Counted from the stretch's first letter, positions 26,876-41,161 are shown. The stretch: 64,000 bases of DNA from Monocercomonoides exilis PA203 (GCA_001643675.2 LSRY02000064.1:124001-188000); one strand, 5' to 3'. Notes: generated by a model from the letters alone, not told the origin. Numbers and translations are program-made.

Positions 26876-29570
26876 ATTATTTATTATTTGTTATTAAAAA
26901 AAAATTTTTTTTTTTTTTTTTTTGTGAGACAAGCTTTTCGAGTTTTTTGCTATTTCATTTTTGAAAAACTTTATCATTTCGCTTTTGTTTTTGATTAAAT
27001 GTCTGATTATTTCACAATGCAATTATTTGCATTTGAAAATTTCTGTTTAAAGTATTGTTTTTCTAATGTGACTGTAATTTTTGCTTTTTGTATTTTATTC
27101 CACTCATTATTTTCGGGGAAAATTTTTTTATTTAATATGGGTGATTATTTTTCTAATCATTTTTTTTCTTTCATTCTTTTCGATTGGAAATTTTTCCTTG
27201 AATGTTTGGAAATGAACACTGAAAGTTGAACAGGCATATTCAACAGATCATCGTCTTTATTTCAGCTCTCACATTTGTTTTTTTTTTAAAAGTCGTGATG
27301 AATTCAGCATTAGAATTCAAAATTTCTTCCCAATGGTCAACAACACTTAAAAAATCAATACACCGAAAAAAGTTATGATTTCAAAAATTATCGCCCATAT
27401 ATTATTATTTTTTCTAAATGAAGAAAATGTTTAATTTTGAAGTTCATTAATGATTTGCATATTTTTGTGAATTCAAGCGAACGATCCTTCCAATTTGACG
27501 AAATATGAAATCATTGCATGTTGGACCTTTTTTTATTATCAAATTTTGCATTTGGACAATATTATACAAATCTATTGGCTGAATTCTCCAATGAACATTT
27601 TTATCAATGAACATGTGTTTAAACATTTGCAACTTTTCAAAAAGAAAAACACAAATTGATATTTTTTCGAAACCATTTTTAACGAGAATAAAAGTTTTTT
27701 ACTGATAAGATATAAGAAAAAAATTGGAACAAATTGCATTTTTATTCAATACAGAACAAAATCTTCAAAATATTTCTTTCAATTTGTTATGTTTTATTTT
27801 GTGAAATCAAATGAATTCTGATTGGTTTTTTTCCCTGATATTTCGTTAATTGTTGTGTATTAAAACATTCATTTTCAAAGAATATAGGTCCATTCTTCCA
27901 TTAATTTGTTATTCAATAAGATAAATCTGATCAAGACGATGACTTTAATTGATTAAAAATAATTATTTCATTATTTTTTTAATGAATGCAAAAATTATTA
28001 AGCATGACAGACAAAACTTCAATGAGAATTTGAGAGCAAATGCCAAATTATTTTTCGAGAAGTTTAATTTGTTTGATTTGACAAACGAAACAAAAATCTC
28101 AAATTTCGTTTTTATATCTGTACCAAATATTGAACATTTTTTATGAAAGAAAAATTGAATATGACAATGTTTAAATAACAATTTCGTTGAAATTTCTTGA
28201 GCAAGAACAGAAATTTGAACAAAATCAAAGATAAGGGTGATTATTTTTTAAAATCACATCTTTTTTCGGTCAGCTAATTCTTAAAAATTATGTTTGTCTT
28301 TGGGAAAAGATTTTGTATTCGAATGCTGAATTAAACACAAATGTTTAATGGACAAATGTTATTACTCATATAAAGATGATGATGCCATTTGTTAGTGTTT
28401 TCATTTATCAGTATTTTTCTTTTTATGTTCAAGATAAAAAATTTGAACCAAAATTTTTGAAAGAAAAAATATGCTTACAAAAATAATCACAACTTTTGAT
28501 TATCTCAAAATTTACACTTTCATATTAAATAAAAAAAAAGGCAAATAATGTAAATCTGTGGTTAAATATTTTTCTTCAAACGTTATCATTGACAAATTAT
28601 ACACTTTTAATTGACTATTTGAGATCAATAACACAATAAAAATATGTCCATTTTTTGACATTCGTGAAATGTTAGAAAACTTTATGCTTTGATTTCAACG
28701 ATGCCTGCTTACGGATATGAAAATCAAATTTATTTTGAAATCTGAGAAAGTGTAATAAAGTTATGAGTGAAGCAATTTTTTTGTGCTTCGTGCAAAAAAA
28801 GCTTGAAAGTCCGTATTTTCCCCCAAATCAACATATTGAAGAAATTTTTTGGAACAACAAAGGTTTTTATAAAAAAATGTTCACGAAAAAGACAAAAAAA
28901 ATGAAAATAACTCATTTTTCAAAAAAAGAATAATCCCATCAATTTTAAAAAGTGTGGATGTTTCAGACTTTATTGATAAATGATACTCATTGTTAATACA
29001 CAATAAAAATATTTCCATGAGAGAAATGTCTGCTGTACATCAAATACGATTCTTCATTCAGTTTTCAAGAATTTCCAATTTCATTTCAATGATTCGAGTA
29101 CAAATAATAGTTATGAAAAATCTTGTTTTCTAAATAATTTGCAATTTTCTTTCCGTTTGACATTTTTGTTTTCATTCTATTTGAATTCAATTGAGATAAA
29201 TTTTATTGTTAAAAAAAAAATAAAATAAACAATTTTTTTTTTTGAGTTTTACAGAGTATTCAATGAAACTTCTTTGAAAAATACAAACGAAGAGTGAATT
29301 TGTCCGTTATTTATTGAATTTGTATATTTCGACAAAACAAATCAAACAGACAATTATCACACATATTCTTTTTTCTTCTTGATAATAAACTGTCCTTTTT
29401 TGTAGAAAAACATGATCGATTCACAAGTTTTTAGAAAAATTAACATTCAATACTGTTAATGAGTATTAACAAGAGAATTCACAAAGATTAAAGGTGATAT
29501 AATTTTTATTTCTTCAAAGTTAATGTTTTCACTATCATTAAACCATATTTAATAATAAATATCAGTTATT

Positions 29571-32500
29571 ATGATCCATTTGTTGCAATTATTAAACATT
29601 GTATTATTTTTAAATGATGTGTCAATTTGTGTCACAACATTTACAGTGAAATTTGCAACAGGGAACGATGAACATTGCCTTGCTTATCACAAAGAGCCGT
29701 GCAAAACCTTTTCTGCATTGTTTCAAATTCTAGATGACAAATCTGAAGTTGTAATTTTTCCGGAAAATGTTACCGAAGGAGTGGTTCCATTTTCATGGGA
29801 TACTGCGAAGGCTTCAATTAAATTCTCTCAAACTTCTGACAAAAGTTCTATTTGTGCATCTCCAACAGAAACTAAGCCTTTTCTAACAATTTCAAATGTA
29901 AATTTGTTTGCGCTCCATTTTTGCATTTTCTTATTTTTTTACTCTTTGCTATTTACACCATTTTCAAAAACCGAAAAATACAATAAAATTCAACCAAAGG
30001 ATAAAATTTCAGAAATGCAATTTTTATGCATCTATTTCTCCAATTCTCGAAATTTCTCATGGAAGTCAAGTATCATTTTTTGCGTGTACTTTTTTAGGAG
30101 GAGGAGGAGAGAAAAAAGGATCTGGACCTCTTGTCAAAGTTTTTGATTTTGATGAATTTTATGTATATTTTTCGGATGAACGAACAAAGACAATTTTAAC
30201 TACCTTTGGAGAACGTACAATCGATGGACAAGGAGCAGGCCTTTATATTGATAAAATAAAAAAGAGTTATATCACAGGCTCAAATTTCACGTTTCTAACA
30301 GCAACACAAGGCAGTGGACTATTTGTAGGAAAAGATGTTGAATCATTGTCATTGGAAAATTTGACAGTGAGCAACACTAAAGCTATTGGGGAACAGGATA
30401 ATGGAGGAGGAGCAGGCATTTACATTTCTTCTGTAAGTACTGAACTTGAAGCAAAAGAAAAAGCTGTTAAATTTTCTTTGTGCAACTTCACGGACTGCGA
30501 TTCTGGAACAGGAACAGGAATGGAGCGAGGGTTTGGCGGATGCGTGTACACAGGGCGTTCTATCACATGCAGAGAATGCACTATGAAAAACTCTCATGGA
30601 AGACGGGGGAGTTGTATTTCTGCAAACGGAAGAGGCCTCAAAGAGGGGCAAGAGTGCTTGATCCAAGCATGTCATTTCGAAGGCATGTGGAATTCTAACG
30701 CGAAGGACGAAGCCGCCGCAGAAGTGCTTTTACATGTCCTGGCATTCGAAGTGCTTAATGTGTCTATTTATGACCGAGCTCCAAACCATTTTATGAATCA
30801 AGCCTCAAGTCTTACAACTGCTGGAATTTTTTGTGCTGATGTGGATAAAATCTATATCTCATTCAGCGTCTTTGAGAATTGCTTTGGAAGCGATGGTGGG
30901 TGCATTACAGCTGAGCCAGTTGCTGATTGGCAAAACGAGATGAGTTTAATGGAGATTTTGGATTGCGAGATGAAAGGCAACGAGGAATTCGGAAAACATT
31001 CACAAAAAGGTGAGCCAAGTAAATCTGGCGCAATGATCTATGCAAAAAATGTGAAAAACGTGACAATTTCTATGAAAGACGAAGACAAAAAAATGATTAT
31101 TTCGAGCCATACTTCACTTGTAAACGAACGGAGCGGAGGAATTGTGATTGAAGATGCTGATTTGTTACTTCTTAACAATACAAAGTTGGACACATTAAAT
31201 GGAATAAGTGGAGGGGCTATCTTTTTGAAGCAGAATATCAAATCAGTTGAATTAATTGATGTTACAATTGAACACTGCACGTCCATTCAAAGAGATAAAA
31301 ATGACCTGAGTGGAAGAGGAGGAGCAATTTTCATTTCAGATTTTGTTCCCAAATTTGCATCTAATTTTGTCAATCTTGCTGATACGTCTTATTCCCATGG
31401 CTCATTTGCCAATGATCCGTCCACTACAATAAATATAACAGGTTGTCATATCAATTATTGCTCAGCCACAGAAGGTGCAGCTATCTTTATCGAAACTTGC
31501 AAGAGCGATGGAGCTCAGAGAAAGAAACTGTCAATTTCATACAGTGACTTTAGTAGAAACAAAGCCAGCTCAGACGGAGGAGCTATTATGATACGAGAGA
31601 AGAAAAATAGAAGCCAAACAAACGAAGAAGATGTTTATTTTGAAAACTCAACTGCACAGCAGATGAACAAGAGAATGAGGAATGAAGTCAACTATTTGCA
31701 CTCAATTACAAATTCCAAGTTTTCATTCAACGAATGTAAAGCGAAAATTCAGAATGTTGCTGTGAATTCGAATAACTGGCCAATCACACCATGTGGGAGT
31801 GCAATATCAATTATCGGAGCTGAAGATTTAGCAGGTTCTGCGTCTAACGAGCAAATAGAATACCTTCTTTTATCCTCATCCACAAGCTATAAAAATAACA
31901 CACATTCTGCCTTTTATGCAAAAAAAGGCGCAAAAGTGAAAAGTGATGGTGATACATTTGAAAATAACATTGAAAAAGACAAAAATAACATGGATGTTTT
32001 AATTGACATTACTTGCGAAAAGTCGAAAGTTATTGTCACAAACCCAAAGAAAGGAAATCCCCAGCGGCTGTGTGATGAAAGCTGCAGTAAGCTTTCTACC
32101 TCTGAATCTTCTGCATTGAAGTGTGAGTTTACACCATCAGAGGACATTACACCAAACTATACAACAGTTGTGATACAAAAGGGTTCAAAGCTCCCTGTTA
32201 TTGAGTTCAAGGGGAATGGTTTGTATCCTTTGCACACGCCAATTCTGTGGATAGGGAAAAGTGAACGGACAAATGAAAATTCAAAGGATGGAATTACAGC
32301 CGAATTGGATTCAAAGAAGGAATCAGATAGCTCCTCACAATATGTGTTCTCTTCAAAAGGAGAAATTGATCTCTCAAAACTTGGCGCTTCTCTCCCCTCA
32401 ACGCTGTTTCTTCATATTTCCGTCGATGATGGAGAAAGCTGGTCAAAAGGAATGCAAATCAGCATTAAAACTGAATCTGAGAAGGAAAAAAAATCTTTCC

Positions 32501-32622
32501 CAGGATATGGAATAGCTCTGATTGTTATAGTATGTGTTGTGGCAATTAGCACTGTTGCTGTTATTGCAATTGTGTATGTGCTTCGGAAAAGAAAGAATGG
32601 TTACAAATCTTTCTCGAAGTAA
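29571..32622 (+). CDS. Polymorphic-membrane-protein-like (GGAI/FxxN, right-handed beta-helix) type I membrane protein. One intron at ~29906-29999.
   Basis: Signal peptide MIHLLQLL; GNDEHC...EPCKT motif; repeated GGAIF/GAGIY/FSRNKA; C-terminal TM IALIVIVCVVAISTVAVIAIVYVL followed by RKRKNGYKSFSK. A GTTTGC...AAG intron reconciles the two overlapping ORFs. Confidence 0.8.
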
Positions 32623-33366
32623 AAAAAAATGTTAGTACTTCTAAAATGGATCGTTTAGATTTTGTTTGTGGGTTGTTATATTGACATGTATATATATATA
32701 TGAGTGTCGCTACATTATATTTAACTTTTTTATTGTTGTATTATCAGTTAAGTATTATTAAGAAATTATTTTTTTTTGAATATTCTGTATAGATAATAAA
32801 TATATATTTCAACTTTCATTTATTTTTTTTATTGATTATCTTAATCTTGTTTATTATTATTTACTTGGAATGAGTTCAGTTCATTGAGCATTTCCTAATA
32901 ATCTTTTTAATAATATTGTTTTTTAATTTTTATATTGTTTTGCGTGTTAATTTTGATGTTGCGTTTGCTGAAATTATGATATTGTCACCAATGATCACTT
33001 TTATTATCTTATTTTTTGATATACCATTTTTCAAATGCGCTTGAAATCCCATTGCAGTGAATCAACATCAAGCAATAATGATTATGATTTTAAACGTATA
33101 TTATCTTTTATTTTATGAGTCCACAAAGTGATTGATTTATTATTAATTTTTAAATTTTTAACTTGATAGCCATTTTCAAAGTTAAAAATTGAAAGAAAGA
33201 AAAGAATAATCTGTTTGAAGAAATTCCAATCATATGGGCACATCACAATTTAAGTTGTCAAGCATGTTTGCAAACAAAATGCTGTATAAATATTTTTTTC
33301 TCCATATAATTAATTAATTTGTTATGGAAATACAATAATTAAAAAGTCAAAATATTTTCATGTTAA

Positions 33367-35908
33367 ATGGCTTCTTCGTCCACTAGAATTGTAAATACAA
33401 TTTTATATAATAATGACTCATCGATGCTTCTTGTCGGAGCATCTGATGGTTTGTTTGTATTTTCCACAAGGCCGTTTAAATATATCTGCAATGCGAGTAT
33501 GTATTTACCAAAGATATTCATAATCAGCGAATTCACATGAAATTCTTTAAAAACCGTTTATATTTTCTATTTTTTAAAAGTGCCATGGCTTAATGTTCAA
33601 CATGCTCAAATATGGGGATGCTCTTCTCTTGTGGCTGTTGTTGGAACTTCTTCAAGCCCAATTACAACACCTAAAACTGTTACACTATTTGATATTAATG
33701 ATGGAATAATTATTAAACAGCTCAGTTTTCATTTTGTTATTGAGGATTTTGGCTTTACAAAACATACGTTTGCCATTGAAGTTTGTAACTTGTATTAAAA
33801 ATTTCATTTTGGATAGACTTATATTGCTCTCGAAATATTTTGTTGACGTCTACGAACTGCCCTCATTGTCTTTACTTCTTCGAGAATGTTTGTTAAGTCT
33901 CAAACATTTAAAGATATAATCATTTTTTGAAAATGTTTAATCTTTATTTTGTAGCAATTACAACAGGGCTTAGCGAAAAAGGAAAAATTAGCCTGAGCAC
34001 GTCATTTGATAGTGATCAATTTTGCTTTAGCGGAGGATTTTTGGATCCAACATGCCCGTGCCGTTTGCGTGTTGTTGAAAAGCATTCCACACAATTATTT
34101 GATGAAAGCAAAAGCAAATATCTAAAGGCAAGAATTCCAGATGAAGTATACATGACTTCGTCTTCGATAATAAATAGAGAAAATTCCGAAAATAAATGCG
34201 AAGAGGACGAGGAAAAAGATAGCAAAGATGAAGAAAATGATGATGATTCAACAAAATTTTCTCATTATAAAGAAAAAGTGGGAAATTGGAAAGGCTGTTT
34301 ATGCTCTTTTGTTTCAAACACATCTGATTTGGTAGATTTATTCAGGAGCACAAAAGAAAAAGAGATGAAAAGAATTCAAAGAGAAAAAGATCAATTTTCA
34401 AGTGAAAATGCACATGAAATTGGAAAGTCTAGCAAGAGTTATAACACTTCTGAAGATCCAGAAAACCCAGCTGCATCGAAACAAAAGAAGAAGAAAAAGA
34501 AGAAGAGAGGATTGTTGGAGGCTTTAAGCTCCAACTTGTCTGAAGCAAAAGAAAGTCACATCGAAGAATGTTCGAAACCAGAAAAATTAACTGCAAAAGC
34601 TGCAGAAGAAGGCATTAGAGAAGAAAGCAACAGCAACGAGGATGACGAGATGGATGAAAATAAAGATATAGTAGAAGTTTTTGGATATAAGTTAAAGAGA
34701 AAAGACATAATGACTGAGATACCATCTGTTACTCATTCGCCATTACCTCAAATTTGCCAGCCACAAGCAGATCCACGAAGCCAAGTAATAATTGCCTTTG
34801 CGTCCCAATGCTCCCCCCCTTTTGTGGATGTGCGAGCGGCTTCTGCGTCTTTGCCAGACTTTCACCAGACGTCTTCTGCACATCCACACGATTCTCTTCT
34901 CGCATCACCATTGGGTCCGCTTTCAACTTGCCCTCAATTTCTTCTTTCTGTTTTGACTTTTCCGCTTATCATTGTGCAGTCCGATAAGAATCCTTTTCCT
35001 TCTGTGTCACTTCTTTCCTTGTCTGGAAATGGCAGGTGGGTTGCTGCTGCTTTTGACGATTCTCCGTATTTTATGCTTTTCGATACAGTTGCATTGACTT
35101 CATTTGTACTTCAAAGAGGGAAATATCCAGCATCCATCTTATGTTTGTGGAGTTTATAGGGAAATAATTGGAAATTAAAACAACTGTCTTTTTTTGGTCT
35201 TTATTTATATTATAATTTTTCTCTGAAATTTCTGAAATCTTAATGTATATGAATTTCTCATATGTTTTTCATATTCTTTTTTCTTTTTTCATAGCAATTT
35301 GCTTTGGCGAGCACGATGGAATGTATTTTGCAGCTCAAACACTCAAAGGAACAGTTCACATATGGAAGAAGATTAAGACAACATTCAGGCTTTCTACACA
35401 AAATGAAGTTGATGGAATGGACAATGAACAAGAAGAGCATGAAAGAGAGACACATGACACCAAAGCCAAAGAAGAACACTCAATCGATTACACGACGAGC
35501 GATAGAGAAATAGAAGCCATAGAAGAGATGAAAGAAAGAGAAAAGATAAAGAATTGTGATGTTGAGTACTGGCCGACTGGGAAGACAAGCAGGCATTGTC
35601 GAGCTAAAAAGCTGAAAAAGTCAGCAATTGCTTTTACTAGCGATGCGAGCAAACTCATTTTGTGTCAAGTTTGTTGAATATTTTTTATGATCCATGAAAA
35701 TTTTGATAAAAATATAATTTTCTTTTTGAATTTATCAAAAAATTTATCATCTCCAAAAATTATAATAAAAATTTACCTTTTTGAATTTTAGGTTCCTGAA
35801 GATGGTCTGGCCAGCGTTCGCCAGTTTAGAATGGCTGATGAAGAAGCTGATTTAAGTTGTGTGCAAGAGAACAATTTGTGGAGATACCCACTTCCTCCTT
35901 CAAAATAG
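33367..35908 (+). CDS. ATG18: Atg18/WIPI-family PROPPIN WD40 protein (divergent). Exons 33367-33496, 33581-33767, 33817-33887, 33955-35142, 35295-35668, 35792-35908.
   Basis: The spliced product gives YNNDSSMLLVGASDGLFVFSTRPF, CSSLVAVVG..TPKTVTLFD..IIKQLSF and LSGNGRWVAAA..FVLQRGKYPASILSICF..KGTVHIWK, matching the order of PROPPIN blocks (FNQD..GT, SSLVA.V, FRRG..PA.I.S..F, GTVHIF). Confidence 0.75.
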
Positions 35909-36457
35909 AAGACTTTTTTTTCTTTTTTTTTTTAATTTGGCAAACAAAATACTTTCAGTTATTAAATTTTATGTTTTTTGTTACATAAGATTGGCATTAA
36001 TTATAATATGTTTGCAAATTGGAACTTCTTTTATTGTTATTACTATAACTATTGCTCCTCTTTGTATGAAACAATTAAAACTAAAGTATCAAACATTTTA
36101 TTCTTTAAATGAAAGGGAACAAAACTTATTTAAACAAGAGGACATGAGTTAACATTTAACGAAAAATTCGATTCAATTATCAATGATAAGCATTTTTAAT
36201 GGCAAAGCAATAGAAATATATGGTTAATGAAGCTGAGATAATAAAATTCCATTCATTAACATATACAAAATGAAAGTCTAATTAACACAACAACGCAAAT
36301 CAAAAAACTATGGAACCTGCCCAATCCTCCATTTCCATCAGTTACTTTTTAACGAATTACAAGTTGATCACACGAAGTAACAAAAACATACGAATGCAGC
36401 AATACCACAAATATCTTTCACTTTTCAAAAAAAGACTTGCCATTTCGATACTGTCAT

Positions 36458-39400
36458 TCAAGATGGATCTCCCTCTGTTTCAGTATCGCTTTCCTCTTCT
36501 CTCCTTCTCTCGCTTCTTTTGCGCTTCCTCTCTTTCTGATCATATCCTCCATTTTTATTGCTGGTGCTGTAGCTGTCTTCTCCACTCCCTTCTGTCTCTT
36601 TGCCTTCACTGTGATGTGAATGTCGATGTCTGCTGTGATGTGAACGGCGAATGGCTGGGGATGTGTGGCCATCACTTCCTTTCCCTTTGACATGATGAGT
36701 GGGAACTGATGGAGACAGCTGTGCTCTTTCACGAGAATGATGATTTGAATGATTTGAACGAGGGTCAGATGAAGAGGAAGGAGGAGAGATAAGAAGCGAA
36801 GAGGGAAGAATTGATGAAGATGCATTTTGGGCTGGGGAAGAAGAGCTTGAAAAACGTGAAGGAGAATGTGAATATGAATAAGATGGAGATGGAGATGAGG
36901 AGGAAGGTGGGAAATGACCTGAATCGCTAAGCCGTTTTGGCGACGGGCGAATTCTTCCCTTTGCAGAAAGAGACTGAATTGACAAGAGAAATGATGATTG
37001 AGACGAAGGGGGCAAATATGAGAGAGTTGGACCGCTGTTAGCAGAAGCCGAATGCAAAGACGGTAAAGGCGATGATGCAAAAGACGAAGTTGGCTTTGGA
37101 GGAGAATAATGAGAAGGAGAATGCGAACGTGAACGAGAAGGAGATGATGACGAATATCCAGGCGATGGAGAACGAGCAGAGGTGGAAGAAGAAGTAGAAG
37201 AGGAAGAAGAAGTGATATAATTGTCTTTGAGCAGTTGTTCTCCTTTTTTCTGGGGCAATCTTTTCATTTCATTTTCTCTATCAGCGAAATATTGATCAGT
37301 ATACATCGAAGGATGAGGCGGAACAGATGAGAATGAAAATGGAAAAGAAGGATTTTGACCAGGTGATGAAAGAGGCATATGCGGAAATAGACGAGGAGCA
37401 GCTGAAAGACTTGTGAAAGGAGCGGTTTGTGGAATAAAGCGATGAGGATCAACGTATGGTAAAACTGGGTGAATAGAAAAATACAAATTAACGAGTTAAA
37501 AAAAAATGATAATTCACAAAAAGTGAAACAAAAATTTGAATAAAAACAAAAATAAAAATTTTAAAATAACATTACAGGAAACACAAAGAAATACTCAAAA
37601 AAGAAGATATGTATAAAATTCATTGACTCCACAAACAAATAAATGCTTTATCATCACAAACCTCCTCTTTCTCGTCTCTTCTTCATCACAAACGCTCTCC
37701 ACTTGTTTGTGTATTTCTTTGCAAGCATCATTTCTCTTCTAAGCTGTACAGTTATTCTGTTGATAGCCTCTTCTCTTCTCTCCTTCTCTCTTTGAAGAGC
37801 AGACTCCATCCATTTTGTCAGGGCAGTGCGAATCAACCGAGAAGCATATTCTGCTTTCGCCTCTTCCTCTTCTTTCCTCTTCTGCTGCTTCCATTTCACA
37901 TTTTCCGCCAGAGAGCTCAAGAACACCCGCCCCATCACCAGTCTTCTATGGCTATCTGCTTTTTCCTTCTTTTCCTTCTTCGCTCTACGTTCTGTCCTGT
38001 GAATGCGCAGAACAAACAGCGCTTTTGCTTCAAGCACCAAATTGTGGTGTTGAATGGCTTCGCCTATGACAACTCTCTTGAATGCTCTCCTCTTCGACGC
38101 CTGATGCCACTCCTTGACAATTCTATGCAGCACTTGTCTTTGAATGGTTTCTGTTGCTTCACGCTCTCTTTCTCTTTTCTCTGCTCGGTGCTGCTGGTGC
38201 CATGGAACAAACACATCCCTCCAGTTCAACAGCAGGCGATGTGCAGTTCTTTCTTGAAGAATGCTTTGCGCCTCAAGCACTCTGTTTCTTTTGGAAATAC
38301 GATTTTTGGCATATCTATGAAGCACGCGAAATGCTGTCAGAGTAATCATATTGATGCGAAATTCCCTTGCTTTTTCTCTATCTAATCTTTCCTTCCATTT
38401 ATTGGCAACATTCTGTTTTAATTTAGAAAAATATTGCCTTTTCAAGCGTCTGTTTAAGTGTTTAAGTGCTATTTCATTCTCCTGGTGCTTGGTGCGCTTG
38501 TGGTACATGTACTATAAATGAAGAAGAAGAAAAATAAAAACAAAAAAGATAAAAAATTTTTATTATCAATGATTTGAAAAAGAGATCTGAAGTTCGTTAC
38601 CAAAATCCACCTGCGAAACATTTTTGCTTTTGTGACCTGCGATACATGTATTAGTGCTGTGAAAGTCTTTCGTTGCAACGTTAATCGCTCGTCCACATTT
38701 TCTTTCCATCTATGGATGTATTTTGTGGCCAAGTAGCTGTTATGAAATAAAAGTGCAATTTTCTTTCATGCAAAAGGAAGAAAGCATTGAAATAAAAACA
38801 AATTATTAGGAATGTTGATTTTTGCCGTTTCACACTTCTTTATGATGTTTTTGACGTTTTCTTTTTATATACTGTTTCCATGATTCCAACGCACGAGCAG
38901 CTGTTACACTTAAATGAAATGTGAGTGCTAATTCGGTTTTTTTGCTTTCTTCTTGTGCATCTCGTACTGCAACTTCCCATGCAGAAAAATATCTTTTTAG
39001 AAATATCCTCTCTTTCAACAAAGATTAAAAAGAAAAAATATATACCTTTGTTTCACATTGTGAGAACGCAAAATCCACATGGAATAAAAGCCTTCTCGCA
39101 ATGGTGTCATTCTCTCTTGGAAAATAGCCCATTTTCGAAATGCTTTTTTCAATATTCTTATTCTGTTGTGATAAGTTGCAGTTCTTTCAAGAGCAATAAG
39201 ATAATTTCGCTCAAGTTCGCTACTTTCATCGAGCGATGACATTATATTGTGCTGTTAATGACTAGATAAAATTTGAAGAAATTGTTTGTTTTGATCTGAT
39301 ACCTTACTATAATATTTATTATTTAAAATAATTAACAAAAAGAGAAAAATGCTTTTAAAAAATAAAATAATTTAAAACAAACTTCTTTGTAGATCTATAA

Positions 39401-41161
39401 AAATAAAAATTAATATTTCTTAGATATTGAAAACTTATTTTCCAAATTATCATTTTTAAGGTGTTTAGTTTTTAATTTTTATCAGCTTTTATGATTATCA
39501 GAAGAAAACTCGAAAGGAATGAATGCATCAAAGGTTTGCTTTTTGAAGGAAGATGTTGAAAACGGGCCTTTTGCCGAGGAGGGCATAAGGGTTGCAGGCG
39601 AGGAAGCACTAGAAGGCGAAGGTCGTGATAAAGAAGGCTCACGAGATGGTGTGAATTGAATGAATTTTTGAAGACTTGGAGAAGAAAAGGTAGATGCTGA
39701 AGAAGAAGAAGAAGAAGATGATGATGATGATGAAGAGGTGGAGGAGAAAGAAGAAGAAGAAGAACCTGAAGAACCTGTTGGCTTCGAAGCTTGTGGCAAA
39801 GGCATTGTTGATAAATACATGGGCCTAAATGATGAAATCAGATTGTCTCGTTTATCTCCAGTGGAAGGAGTGTGAATAATGTTGACTGACTGCTCTTTGT
39901 TCTCTTTTGCATTTTGTGTATTTTCATAGGAAGGTTCATTCTTCCGTGCATTTTGCACATAAAACGGCTGAAACTGCGAAGGATACTGGAAAATACTCGA
40001 ATTCTCTGCTGAAGGAGGCAAAGACGATTTTTGCGGAGAAACTGGCTGAGGCGTGGCTGTTTCTATGTCTTTTGGAATATCTTTTTCTTTTGTTGGAATG
40101 TACTGCAGAGGAAGAGGAGGTGGAGGAAGATTAACTGGAATTGATGGTGTTACAGGCTTAATTGTGACTGGATCAAACTTATTTGGAGGAAACGGAGCGG
40201 GGGCAGTGATTTGTTTTTCCATATGATTGTTTGCATTCGGATTTTCATTGAAAGAATCATTGCTATTCGTTTGACTTAGCTCTTTAAAACTACTTTTTGG
40301 TACATTATTTGTTGAGACATTAAGTGAATGAGACGAAGCATCATTTTCTTTTTTCTGCAATTCGCAGTTTGCTTGAAAATCGATGTGATTGGTAAAATTC
40401 GAAGGAGGAAGAATTTTTGATTCGCGAATAGAAGCTGGTAAGATTGAATCGTCTTTTTTGCATTTTTCATGATTTAATGAGGAAGTCGTATTTGTATCAA
40501 CAGATTCGTGTGACACATTCTCTGAATAATTTATAATCAAAGGAGGGAAAGGTGAAAAACTTTCATCATCATCATCATCATCATCACCTATTTTACTTTG
40601 CCGCTCGACTATTTTTTCATCTTCTTTTATTAAAGCAGACTTTGCATCAATTTGATTTTTTATAAATTGCTTTAATTCATCAAATTTCTTTTGTGGCAAT
40701 GTAATAAAATCAACTTAAAGCTAAAAGCATTTCCATACTTCAAGTATTTCTGAGAAACGATCATTTAAACAATGTTTTAGGTGTTCTTCAAGTTTGTCTT
40801 CATTTGATGAACATTCATTCTATTAAAAATAGATAACTTGTATATTTGCAAAAATAAATTTTTTTACACAACCGTTAGCTTTTTGCAAATGAAATTCACT
40901 GCAAATCATAATGTTATTTGAAAAAGATAAAAATAAAAAATGAAAGATACTAATATCAGAAGTTATATCATTGGCAAAATCTATGGCATCAATTTGAGTG
41001 TACATGCTTGTTTCCACGAGCTTTGATACAAATTCTTTTGCTAAAGCATAATAAATGAATTGGCAAAGATCCGAAAAATCAGGAAGTAAAGCTCGGAGAG
41101 TCGCTAAGCGTTGCTGTGAATATTTACTCGTTTCAATATTAAAATTTTCAATCCATGCCAT
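36458..41161 (-). CDS. Sfi1-repeat (centrin-binding) protein, multi-exon; possibly two genes split near 39250-39500
   Basis: Repeated A-x7-LL-x3-F/L-x2-W-like units: ILKKAFRKW, FLKRYFSAW, AARALESW, AKMFRRW, RLLLNW, RIVKEW, LIRTALTKW, AKKYTNKW. Ser/Pro-rich flanks. ATG at 41161 (MAWIENF). Confidence 0.65.

Noticed and set aside
26900-29560. Hidden gene or RNA in the 2.6-kb AT-rich gap
   Set aside because: Only short AT-biased ORFs; no tRNA, rRNA or spliceable motif-bearing frame recognised.
29880-30146. Programmed frameshift between the two overlapping ORFs of the Pmp-like gene
   Set aside because: A canonical GT-AG intron (~29906-29999) restores the frame.
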